Origin: Octopus sinensis | Taxonomy: Eukaryota | Length of the DNA: 64,000 bases | Direction of reading: 5' to 3' | NCBI RefSeq assembly: GCF_006345805.1 | Contig: NC_043006.1 | Location: 14,136,001 to 14,200,000, forward strand | In this document: one piece after another, positions 25,273 through 37,423 of the stretch | Position numbering within the stretch: position 1 is the first letter of the stretch | How the letters are laid out: every line of letters starts with the position of its first letter | Program-made: the position numbers and the translations under genes | The notes under the pieces: generated by a model | What the model saw: only the letters and a program-made list of their open reading frames with translations | What the model was told of the DNA's origin: nothing | Databases searched by the model: none

Positions 25273-25854
25273 CGTTGTTTTAGCTGGTGCTTTTTAAATT
25301 CAATTTTATTTACATTTCGTTTAAATTCGTTATTAAGTAAACGGGGCAATGATATTCCTGCTACTAAGTCTTTTATAAATTACAAATACGATTTCCCACG
25401 TGTGGGTGTGTGTGTGTGTGTGTGTGGTGTGTGTGTGTGTGTGGTGTGTGTGTGTGTGTGTGCGTGTTTATTAACTTTGTTCTCTTATTTAACAAATATA
25501 TAGGATTTAGAGCTGAAATGCAATAAAATACTCATTTCGATTTGAAACTAAATATAAACAGTAAATCGGTTTTCACTTTCAGTTATTCTTTTAAATATAC
25601 AAAAGCAAACCAACAAACCATTATCATTTATGAAAAAAAGAACATAAAACTGATGGGTATCTCTAGGGAAATCTAAAACTGCGAAATTTTCTATTGCAAT
25701 TTTAAACCAAGGCAAATTGCCTTGTAGGGAATCATTAGAGCATAAGACAAAAAAATGCTTTGCGGTATTTGTTCCGGCTCTCTTTACGTTTTGAGTCCAA
25801 ACACGACGAGGTCAACTTCGCTTTTTTCCGTTAGAATTGATGAAATAAAATACC

Positions 25855-26610
25855 CATTTCTTTACTGCCCACAAGGGGCTAAACATAGAGAGGACAAACA
25901 AGGACAGACAAACGGATTAAGTCGACTACATCGACCCCAATGCGTAACTGGTACTTAATTTATCGACCCCCGAAAGGATGGAAGGCAAAGTCGACCTCGG
26001 CGGAAATTGAACTCACAACGTAACGGCAGACGAAAGACCGCTCGGCATTTCGCCCGACGTGCTAACGATTCTTGAAATAAAATACCATACAAACCCTGAG
26101 GTTAATGGTATCGCCGTATACCGTGGACTTAAAATTACCGGCCTTATTTCTTAAGTTAGAAAGCATTGTAGTTTTAAACTTTTTTTCAACTTACCGAAAC
26201 AGGCGTAGGAATGGCTGTGTGGTAAGTAGCTTGCTTACGAACCACATTGTTCCGGGTTCAGTCCCACTGCGGGTCACTTTGGGCAAGTGTCTTCTACTAT
26301 AGCCTGGGGCCGACCAAAGCCTTGTGAGTGGATTTGGTAGACGGAAACTGAAAGAAGCCCATTGTATGTATGTATGTATGCGTATATATATATATATATA
26401 TATACATATGTACGTGTGTGTATATGTGTGTCTGTGTTTGTCCCCCCAACATCGCTTGACAACCGATGCTGGTGTGTTTACTTCCGATAGAATAAGTACA
26501 AGGCTTACAAAGTATAAGTCCTGGGCTCGATTTGCTCGAGTAAAGGCGGTGCTCCAGCATGGTCACAGTCAAATGACTGAAACAAAAAAGTAAGAGTAAA
26601 AGTAAAAGAT
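25855..26610. mobile_element. SINE A (-, 25855-26070) and SINE B (+, 26203-26610)
   Basis: Matches to family consensus seen elsewhere in the window. Confidence 0.8.
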
Positions 26611-27074
26611 TATTGGAACTGAAATACTTTATGTTCAAATTCAACCGTTGTCTGATTTCTTTTCTTAAATATATATTACTCCACATGGTTGTAATTAGGT
26701 GCACATACAGAAGGGTTTCGCATATGTTACGCCCTTAATTCTTTGATATGGTCAAAGGGCACTGTCGTCAAATACGTCGGGCCTTGGGCATTTTTAGACA
26801 TGACGGAGCCCATCTGTCACCAAATTTGACCATAGCCGATTTCTTTCAAACGAAAAGAAACAGACAGGCAGACGGAAAGAAAGAAACAAACGAAAAACTT
26901 GACCCAAGGGTAACAATAGTACTTTAGCTATCGACTTCGAATGACAGATAAACAAAGCTGACCTTGACGGTATTTGAACTCAGAACGTAGCGGGTTGGAA
27001 CGATCCGGCAAAGCAACCGATTCGACGCTCAAACGACTCTGCTAATCGGGAGCCTTACGTATGTAGTATAATAA

Positions 27075-27328
27075 TAAATGCGCCCTCTTTTAAAGCCTAG
27101 CCAGGCTCAGGGACCCGGTTTCCCGGTTTCAATGGCGTATGTGTTCCCCAGCTGGACGGGACGCCAGGCTATCACAGCGTTACTCATTTTTGCAAGCTGA
27201 GTGGACTGGAGCAACGTGAAATGAAGTGTTTTGCTCAAGAACACAACACATCGCCCGTTCCAGCAATCGAAACCACAATCTTACGATCATGATGCTGACA
27301 CCCTAACCACTAAGCCACGCGCCTCCAC
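27075..27328 (-). mobile_element. SINE family E dispersed monomer (parent of the 227-bp satellite)
   Basis: Collinear with the satellite unit and retains the 3' tail atgcgccc..ttttaaagcctagcc; gcgatggactggcgtcccgtccag-type segment resembles the V-SINE domain (recalled similarity). Confidence 0.88.
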
Positions 27329-27620
27329 ACGCATGTAGCATGCTGATACGAAAAACCGAATTTATCGAAGCAATTATCAGACAAAAACTTACATCTGAAT
27401 GGTTTCAAGTATAAAACAAATAAAGGAGATAGCTACAATAAGATTACATGATCGAAATATTCAGACAATATAAATTAAGCAACGTTGAAGTGGGTCTAAT
27501 CTTCAAAGCCAAACTGGTTGAAGCAACGTTTCCACGGCGAGAAGGCATATTCTACACCGTGTGACACCAGCATCGGTTGTCAAGCGATGACAGGGGGAAG
27601 ACAAAGACAGATACACACAA

Positions 27621-27687
<67 letters not shown>

Positions 27688-27709
27688 ATATATATAAACA
27701 CTCACTACA

Positions 27710-27868
27710 CTCACGGTTGTGGTTGGTGTTAGGAAGGGCATCCAGCTGTAGAAACTCTGCCAGATCAGATTGGAGCCTGGTGCAAGTCATCTGGTTCGCT
27801 AGTCCTCAGTCAAATCGTCCAACCCATGCTAGCATGGGAAGCGGACGTTAAATGATGATGATGATGTG
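27710..27868 (+). mobile_element. RTE-tail SINE or RTE 3' end (family F)
   Basis: aggaagggcatccagctgtagaaactctgcc...ggacgttaaatgatgatg. Confidence 0.75.
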
Positions 27869-28594
27869 CAAGACTAAGGAGGTGCTCCGGCATGGCCGCA
27901 GTCAAATGACAAACAAGTAAAAGATAAAAGTGTATGTGTATATAAATATGTGTGTGTGTATGTATATATGTATGGATGGATGGATGGATGGATGGATGGA
28001 TTGATGGATTGATGAATCACTTATGGTCAAACATGTTGGGTAATAACCGAAAGAGTACGATTGCAAATACAAGTGGCTGAAATGGGGTTCCACGGAAGGG
28101 CCTCCCGAGTAACGTTACTCGACAGAGTGCATAGCGCGGAGATCAAGAACCCTCTCCTGTTCGAGCTGAACCGCTGTTTTTCGGCATTGAGAGGCCACGG
28201 TCTGGTACTACGGATATATATATATAATATATTAATAAATAAAATAAAACATATGCATATATATAAACATATATGTACGTACCTACCTCTACATGTACAT
28301 ATACACGCATATATGAGTACAGGACACCAAAAGGACGTCGAACACAATGAGAAACGAAAACATAGACACAAACCCAAGGAACTGGACATATATTTAAAAA
28401 CAACAAAAAAATAGAATACAGGACAATTAACACAAAGAAAAAACCCCTTCTTCAGTCGCTAAAGATTTCATCTACTCTACGTTTCGAAGGATATATATAT
28501 CTATAGGGAGAGTTTACGGAAAAAAACAAAAGACGAAGACAGGTGGTGTACAAAACAAACAGATGTATTAGTATAACGCTCAGGAATAGAAAAA

Positions 28595-28633
28595 GTCTTT
28601 TACGTTTCGAGCCTACGCTCTTCTACAGAAAAG
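28595..28633 (-). ncRNA. Minimal hammerhead motif (A6-to-U core variant)
   Basis: Minus strand ctttt-CTGTAGA-a-gagc gtag gctc-GAAA-cg-TA-aaag. Confidence 0.6.
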
Positions 28634-28673
28634 GACACAGAAAACAAGGAGAGAAAAAACATTTGTGTAGTGG

Positions 28674-28711
<38 letters not shown>

Positions 28712-29117
28712 ATATATATATATATATATATGTAAATGCATATGTGTGTGTGTTTTATTAAATACACAGCTATTTTAGATATTTCATATTTTTTTATACT
28801 TTTTTGCAGTTTAGAACAGTAGTTTCTAAATCCATATTCTACCTGTATTCTACGTTTCCAAACCTTCACATCTTCATTTTCAAACACTGAATATATTTGG
28901 CTTTGGCATCCGTGTCTTTCTTATATACTCGGTCAGTTCAAGTAGCTTTTCCCGCTAAATGTCTTTTGGCTAGTCGCACCATGCACCATTTTTTTTTTGT
29001 CGTGTTCAAATAGATAGATAGATACAAATAGATAGATAGATAGATACATACATACATACATACATACATACATGCATACATACATACATACATACATACA
29101 TACATACATACATAGAA

Positions 29118-29523
29118 GTCGTAGGAGTGGCTGTGTGGTAGGTAGCTTCCTTACCAACCACATGGTTCCAGGTTCAGTCCCACTGCGTGGCATCTTGGGC
29201 AAGTGTCTTCTGCTATAGCCTCGGGCCGACCAAAGCCTTGTGAATGGATCTGGTAGACGGAAACTGAAAGAAGCCCGTCGTATATATGTATATATATGTG
29301 TGTGTGTATGTTTGTGTGTCCGTGTTTGTCCCCCCCCAACTTCACTTGACAACGATGTTGGTGTGTTTACGTCCCCGTAACCTAGCGGTTCGGCAAAAGG
29401 GTCCGATACAAAAAGTACTAAGCTTACAAAGAATAAGTCCTGCGGTGCTTCAGCATGGCCACAGTCAAATCACTAAAACAAGTAAAAGAAAAAAATATAG
29501 ATAGACAAACTTATATATGTGTG

Positions 29524-29555
<32 letters not shown>

Positions 29556-29790
29556 TATATGTTTCTTTACTACCCACAAGGGGCTAAACATAGAGGGGAC
29601 AAACAAGGACAGACAAAGGGATTAAGTCGATTACATCGACTCCAGTGCGAAACTGGTACTTATTTAATCGACCCCGAAAGGATGAAAGGCAAAGTCGACC
29701 TCGGCGGAATTTGAACTCAAAACATAACCGCAGACGAAATACTGCTAAGCATTTCGCCCGGCGCGCTAACGTTTCTGCCAGCTCGCCGCC
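29118..29790. mobile_element. SINE B (+, 29118-29490) and SINE A (-, 29560-29790)
   Basis: Matches to family consensus. Confidence 0.82.
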
Positions 29791-29956
29791 TATATAAATA
29801 CATACATACATACATACATGTATATCTATCTATCTATTTATCTGGGTGAGACCGTTGCTCGGTACGATAAACATCGAGAGCAAAATATATAATTTACGAC
29901 TGTTTCGTTAACTCATTTTACCTTGCTTCAGTTCAAAATACGATGGAAGTAGCTTG

Positions 29957-30003
<47 letters not shown>

Positions 30004-30100
30004 GAGCAGGGGAGGAGGAGGGAGATTATTTCTGTCTAGCTGACGAAATTACATAGAAAAAAGAAGTCATCAAGCGTAATTATCATCATCGTCATCAGTG

Positions 30101-30104
<4 letters not shown>

Positions 30105-30168
<64 letters not shown>

Positions 30169-30213
30169 GGTGGTGGTGGTGGGTGGTTGTGGTAGTAGTA
30201 GTAGTAGTAACAC

Positions 30214-30249
<36 letters not shown>

Positions 30250-30253
30250 TAGT

Positions 30254-30322
<69 letters not shown>

Positions 30323-30330
30323 GGTGGTGG
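30105..30330. repeat. Compound (AGT)n/(GGT)n/(AGC)n trinucleotide tract
   Basis: Directly visible. Confidence 0.95.
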
Positions 30331-32269
30331 TGCGTTAGATTATAATCTTGGCTAGAGATATGCATATAGTATGCCATACGTTATTGACTGACAACGGTTG
30401 TAATTAATGCGTTCCTTCTGTAAATTGGATATTGGTGAAATTGATACGACAGCGGAGCAGTGGGTTAGCAGAGACAGTAAAACCACGACAGCTAATACCG
30501 TGCTGAGCAACTCATTTACGATGTCCCAAGTTCAAATCCCGCGCCGGTTGACTTGAAATTTTTTATCCTTCTGAAATCAATAATATAAAATACCAGTCGG
30601 AGTACTGATGTTGATCTAATAAACCGTAATCTAAGTTCGGAATCTGAAACTTGTATTTAAAATTATTGAATCGAGATTTTATGAAATGGTAAGATAAAAT
30701 GCACAGCTGACTAGTGACAAAAAAAAAATGCTGAAAAAAAGTCACTATCTAATATCTGTCCAAATATTATCTAGTACCATATCATGTTAGCTTCGTGCGT
30801 TTATCTTACATCCATCTAATTAGATTCATCCAGCATTCGTCAGGCTTTTAGTACAAATTTATAGTTTAGAACGAAACCAAAAAAAAACTATAAATACATA
30901 TTTCTTCTTATCTGTTTGTAACAAACTTGATTACAAAACTGGATTTACTGTCTTCGTGTTTTAAGCGCATGTGTGTAAGTGTATGTGAGTATGTGTACCT
31001 GAGCATGTGCACGTGTATATATATGGATCTATATGTGTGTAACTGTTGGGAAAAAATGCGGCAATCAATGTGTAGAAACGTAAGAATTTTTGTTTTTTTG
31101 TTGGGTGTTTTTTTTTTCCAATTTTCCAATTTGGATTTTACATTTTTTAGAATTATGAACAAATCCAAAAAGAAAATACTTCTCTACTCTAGTAAAATGT
31201 TAATAAATGATACTATTCGATTTAGTGCAGAAAGATCAAGTGCAGAAAACTGTATTTCATTACATAAGATTGTATTTCATTCCCACACTCGTCCGTACAC
31301 TACTAAAGATATTTTTATAAGAATAGTCTCGGAAAAAGCCACCTCCGCATCATATATATTCTGCAGTTGCTTCTTCATGTTATCGATACATTACGTTAGA
31401 TTAATGTAATTAATCTATTTTTATGGTTAATTATGTTAATATCTCAAATTAGGATATTATTTTTGTTGTTCGGAAAATTACACTGCGTCGTGGTTTTGGT
31501 TCCTTCAACAACTTGAAAAGTGTTTTCCACGAGTAGTCATAACATTCTGCCCGCTCCGACATATATATTTATGACTTTACAATCATAAATTCAGCTGATT
31601 AACTCCTAGCCTACGTATATAAAAAGAGTAAGAGAGTAATCGATTAAATTTACTGGTATCTTGATTCAATACAATGACAAGATCGAAGTAATCATCAGAT
31701 TTTTCGATACCAGCTTCCTTGAGACCGATTCTGGTTCTCTGATACAAACTTTCGCTGAAAGTGATGCAAATTAAAACCTTCGATTAAATCTTCACGTTGA
31801 CTTGTGTTCTAAACACCAGCTTAATAATGACTAAGTAAATTTTGCTTAATTCTTTATTATTTTCAAAATTATTTGAGACAAAGACAGTTTATTTTATAAT
31901 AACATAAATATCATTATAAAAGCAATTACTTTAAGATTTCATGTTTTGTTCGAAACACCTGCTTAATGAAAGTTTCTCGCTAAATTTTCAAAATTATTTT
32001 AAACAAATGCATTAATTTTCGACAGAAACATGGTAAGGAATGAGAGTTAACGACATTATACAGCCATCCAAAAATCTAGTAGAAGAGACAGTCTTGCAGA
32101 ATTTAGTAGCAAAAGTAATTGCTCTATAAAGCGTTTTGAATTATAAACTAAAAGAAAATTCTACTCTTAAACAACTCATTATAACATACACTAAAAGGAA
32201 AACATCCAGTGCTTACAGAACCGAACTTTTCCAGAATTAAGGGTAAAACAGGATAAAGCCCCTGCCAAA

Positions 32270-32660
32270 GTCATACAGATTCATAAGGCCAGTTTGTCAG
32301 TCACTGTGGCGCATAACCGATGTAATTTTTGTTTTCTGTTAGGTTATCTTGAATCGTTGCTGTGACTTCTGCCTCATAGACGACGATGTGTAACATACAA
32401 GCCTGATGAAGAGGATAAGCTTCGGGGTTTCAACAGTTACAGTGGGGAGTGGTCTCTTGGTGATGCTTGCGATGGGGCAACAGCTATATGATATTTTAAT
32501 CGAGCGTCTGTTAAAGATCTTTCTGCATTTGTGGTTTACGGGGAAATGCTTATCTCAAAGAGATAGGAAGTTTTTGCCTATGTTACTTTTAACATTGAGG
32601 AAGAAAAGGAGGATGCGAACCATATTATTTTCCTATGCCTATTTCTAGGCCTATTTATAC
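32270..32660 (-). mobile_element. Penelope-like element fragment (linker + GIY-YIG start)
   Basis: Minus strand reads RKIIWF..NVKSNIGKNFL..DKHFP..KIFNRRSIKISYSC then VVYEAEVT..NYIG; disrupted. Confidence 0.7.
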
Positions 32661-33102
32661 GATTCGTCTTTTTACTTGAGGGGTTGTAATATATCTTATC
32701 TTCGAGACCGCTGTTAGCTGCGTCTATGTTATGGTAATGGCTACCTTATCAAATATTAGATAAATAGATAGAGAGAAGGAAACAGATATGTATGTTAGGA
32801 GGAGAGTGCTATTCCTTTTGACTAGTACCATTCTCCTCCTAACACACATATCTATTCTCTTCTCTCCATCTACTTACTCTTACCAGTACATTCTCAAAAT
32901 TTCATTCACACCCTTTGAATGAACAGCACATAGAATTTATATCTCCGCGCCATCTACTTGTAATAACAAAATATGAACTCCTATTGGAATCTACTTACCA
33001 TGGACAAGAAGCATTTCTACCCATTCTACATATTTTCCTTGGATAACGGAGCTACAACTGTAAAATCCTACATATAGTTTTACTTTTAGTTTTATTCTCT
33101 TA

Positions 33103-33630
33103 TTGAATGACCAAACCCAATCTTCTCAGCTAGTTCCTCAACAATTACGATGGGATTTTGTTCCACCAGGTTTGCAGGATGTCCTCGTCGAGTTTTACAG
33201 ATCTTCCAGAACGAGGCTCGTCTTCTAGGCTGTAGTTTCCGGCTCGGAATTTCTGGAACCATCATTGACACTAGCTTACGTTTATTGTCCGATCCCCATA
33301 TACTGCATTAATATTCCTCGCACTTTCCGTTGCGTTGTTGCCTTTACTGCGAGGAATATTAATGCAGTATATGGGGATCGGACAATAAACGTAAGCTAGT
33401 GTCAATGGTGGTTCCAGAAATTCCGAGCCGGAAACTACAGCCTAGAAGACGAGCCTCGTTCTGGAAGATCTGTAAAACTCGACGAGGACATCCTGCAAAC
33501 CTAGTGGAACAAAATCCCATCGTAATTGTCGAGGAACTAGCTGAGAAGATTGGGTTTGGTCATTCAACCATTCATCGATACCTGCGTGCCATCGAAAAAG
33601 TCAGCAAATTGGGTCAATGGGGTTCCCGCA
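33103..33630 (+). mobile_element. Mariner transposase 5' fragment with fold-back inverted duplication
   Basis: QWWFQKFRAGNYSLEDEPRSGRS..LVEQNP..EELAEK..HSTIHRYL..KLGQW; 33103-33322 is the inverse of 33348-33567. Confidence 0.85.
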
Positions 33631-33711
33631 AACATTTCAAGTATAATCGCGCACAGATATATACATATCGACATACACACACACACCCACACACAACACA
33701 TATATATATAT

Positions 33712-33745
<34 letters not shown>

Positions 33746-33769
33746 TATATAATATTTATATATATATAT

Positions 33770-33859
<90 letters not shown>

Positions 33860-33889
33860 ATATACTGTTTCATACATTGGCATGAAAAT

Positions 33890-35272
33890 ATAGAGAAATT
33901 CAAAATTCCAAGAAATTTTAAACGGACTGGACGTAAACATCCAATTCACGATGGAATATAGCCACCACAACTCCCCTTCCTCGATATCCTCATTAAGAAA
34001 GCTAATAATGTAATAGAAACAGACATATATTATAAGCCTACAGATTCTAAGCAATATCTTCCATTCAATTCATGCCACCCCAGACACACCAGGATGAATA
34101 TCCCCTTCAATCTAGCAAAAAGGATATGCACTATAGTTTCTAATGCAAACACCAGAGACACACGACTACAAGAACTAAAAGATACCCTTATCACCAGGAA
34201 CTACCCACCTTCACTTAGACATTTGCATTCAACGTGCCCTTCAACTTAACATCCAGGAACTGAGACATCCTAAATCAAAGAAAACTTACGACCAAAAGCC
34301 TACCATACATCTCCACACACAACCCTCTCAACAATGAAGCCTTCGGCACCATCCTCCACAACCAACCCCTCCTAAAAAAAGACCACAGAATGAACACAAT
34401 CCTCCAAACACACACGATCATAAAAAGCAAGAGACAGCCTAAATCTATGAAAAGTCTCCTAACACAAGCCCGAATACACTCTTCAACACAGAAGCCGACA
34501 GTAAAAAATGTGGAAGACCCAATTGCGGGATATGCGATTATCTAATTGAGGGATCAGAGTTCTCCTTCAAACAGGGACAACGGTTTACAGTGAAAAGCAA
34601 CTTCACATGTGCTTCGGAGAACCTGATATACACACTAACCTGCTCTGGGTGTCAAGAGCAGTACATAGGCCAAACAAAAAATTTTTGCGTAAAAGAATAG
34701 CCCGGCACAGATCCCAGATAAAAATTCCCCAAAACAGAAAAATAGCTTTCAGCCAACACATAGATACTTGCGCCAACAACAAAACACCAGGCTTCAGGAT
34801 TTTCCCCCCTCTACCAATTTAGGGACGATACAACCTCGAGACAACGAATAGTAAAGAAACTCTCTTTATTACAAAATACAGGCCCCTTCTTAACGGTCTA
34901 TACGACAAACGATTAATAACACCTCAGCTTTAGAATAACAGAAATACACACCAAATATTACATTCCAAAGATCCATTACAAATCATCCCCAATCACACAG
35001 CTATAATCCATAACGTGCCAACTTCAAGTCATACAACACCTCACTACTTCCACTCATATCATATTCTCCCTTCTCTTTTTTCTTCTTCTTCTTCCCCTTC
35101 TTCTTCATCATCATCATTATCATCATCATCGTCGTCGTCATCATCTCCATCATCATCATCTTCTTCTTCTCCTTCTTCTTCTTCTTCCTTCTGCTCTTTT
35201 CTTTCTTCATCATCATCATCATCATCAACATCGTCATCTTCTTCTTCTTCTTCTTCTTCTTCTGCCTCTTCT

Positions 35273-35307
<35 letters not shown>

Positions 35308-35750
35308 TGCTCCACCTTCTACCTCTTAACTTTATCACTAATGCTTTTTAGTATAACACCTACGCAAATTCCATAAACAAACCATTCAATAGAAATATTC
35401 TCCTGAATTGAACTGCAACTGCTAGCCGCCACTGACCATTCAAAATACGACAATCAAGGCACTCCCAAATTTTTCCACCCCCTCTCCTCATCAACCTTCT
35501 TCTTCTTCTACCCTACCAAGAATTCACAACGACCTCGAACACACAAGTGCAAACAAGGGAGACAGAGAAAGGCAGAATGCCACTTATATTTGAACACTAT
35601 ACAAATATTCCTTTAAAAAAAACTTTTCTTTTAATTTTTCTAAATTTAATTATTTAATCGTTACAGTTGAAAAGGTCTCAAAATGACTGAAACCGGTACT
35701 GAAATGTTCTTTATAAAATTATTTTAACATTTTCTATCTTGACTTGTTTT
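33890..35750 (+). mobile_element. 5'-truncated Penelope-like element: RT thumb, linker, GIY-YIG and 3' UTR with HHR
   Basis: YKPTDSKQYLPFNSCHPRHT..IPFNLAKRIC; CGRPNCGIC; NLIYTLTCSGCQEQYIGQT..LRKRIARH; FITKYRPLLN; starts just after a (TA)n. Confidence 0.88.
35664..35701 (+). ncRNA. Degenerate hammerhead motif in the PLE 3' region
   Basis: cag-TTGAAAA-ggtc tcaaaat gact-GAAA-ccgg-TA-ctg; stem I cag/ctg, palindromic accggt. Confidence 0.6.
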
Positions 35751-35984
35751 TTCATATATACATATATATATACATTTATATTTACACATGTATATATACA
35801 CATGTATATATACACATGTATGTATACATATAAATGTATACATATATACATACATACATACATACATACATACATACATACATACATACTCAAATCGAAT
35901 AAATGAACGTTACAAGTAACAATAACAGCAAGAGGATGTGCACATAGAATGTATTAGTTTGACGCTCAGTAAAGAGAATGAGTT

Positions 35985-36017
35985 TTTGACGTTTCGAGCA
36001 TAGCTCTTCGTCGGAAA
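35985..36017 (-). ncRNA. Minimal hammerhead motif
   Basis: Minus strand ttt-CCGACGA-a-gagc tat gctc-GAAA-cg-TC-aaa. Confidence 0.6.
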
Positions 36018-36218
36018 TGAAAGAAGAAGAAAGGAAATGTCCAAAGAAAGGAGGGAAATCACCAACAGCACACGTGTAGTTACATTGCTCATGTGGACCC
36101 TCTACGTTTTTCCGACTGATCTGGAGAACCTGATTCATGGATTTTCTTACTCTACCCTTGGATTACGTTACTTTTAAATTCCTTGGGAGTACCTCGTTTC
36201 TGAACATTTGATCGGCAG

Positions 36219-36258
<40 letters not shown>

Positions 36259-36287
36259 CAAAAGAAAAACAGGACGCAAAGGATTTT

Positions 36288-36380
36288 GCGGTACATATGT
36301 TTCGGGCTTTATTGAACAACTAATTCTTATATCAATGCATAGTTGATACAACAGATAGATCAAAAGCCTTCTTCAGACGC
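36288..36380 (-). ncRNA. Type I hammerhead motif with long stem II
   Basis: Minus strand gcgt-CTGAAGA-a-ggcttt...aaagcc-c-GAAA-catatg-TA-ccgc; inner helix ttgtatcaa/ttgatataa; palindromic acatatgt. Confidence 0.65.
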
Positions 36381-36559
36381 GTACAATTACCTCACCAAAG
36401 ACATGTATCACATTATAACAGGTTTGAGAAAGAGTTTGAGAAAAAACCGAGTTTCATTGGGAAAGTAAATCCTCATAGGCGTATATGGCATTGCGAGACT
36501 CCAAAACAAATCGTCCATACCTTTTCTTCACTCGGTAAAGAATATATATATATATGTAT

Positions 36560-36622
<63 letters not shown>

Positions 36623-37190
36623 ATTCCCACTGATCTACCTGCGCCTCATGATTATCCGGGGGGGGGGGTTATGGGGTGGGGGTAATTTCTCTCTGCGCAG
36701 TTTGCATTAAGTATTAATATTACATTTGCGAGCAAGGCGGTGGCAAGCAGACGGAATCGTTAGTACACCGGGAAAAATTACATTACAGAGAAGCCAGTGA
36801 ACAAGCAAAATCGTTAAAGCGTCGGAAAAAATGCTTTGTAGTATTTTATCCGACTCTACATTTTGCGTTCAAAACCCACTGAGGTCACCTTTACCCTTCA
36901 TTCCCACGAGGTTTATAAAATAAGTACCAGTCAAATACCGGAGTAGATGGTAACAATTACCCACCTCTCCTAAAAGCTACTGGCCTTGTGCCTAAATCAG
37001 AAGGTCTTAAGCAGTTAGAGTAGGTGGGAAATTACATAAAACATTAAAGAGAAAATTAATTTATTCTTTTTTCCAACTCTTTACCTTTTGAGTTCAAATC
37101 CTGCTGAGATCAAATTTGCCTTTCATCTCTCTGGGGTCGATAAAATAGGGTACAAGTCAAGTACTGGGGTCAGTGGTATTAGTTAATGTT

Positions 37191-37423
37191 AAGGCGGCGA
37201 GCTGGCAGAAACGTTAGCACGCCGGGCGAAATGATTAGCGGCATTTCGTCTGCCGTTACGTTGTGAGTTCAAATTCCGCCGAGGTGGACTTTGCCTTTCA
37301 TCCTTTCGGGGTCGATTAAATAAGTACCAGTTACGCACTTGGGTCGATATAATCGGCTTAATCCGTTTGTCTGTCCTTGTTTGTCCTCTCTGTGTTTAGC
37401 TACTTGTGGGCAGTAAAGAAATA
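37191..37423 (+). mobile_element. SINE family A
   Basis: 16-bp TSD ggtattagttaatgtt at 37175-37190 and 37424-37439. Confidence 0.9.

Noticed and set aside
28455-28490. CTGAAGA and CGAAACGTA on the minus strand in permuted order
   Set aside because: No convincing stem I and the element is truncated by (TA)n; at most a broken remnant.
32402-32425. CTGATGAAGAG motif
   Set aside because: No downstream GAAA or stems; lies antisense within PLE coding sequence.
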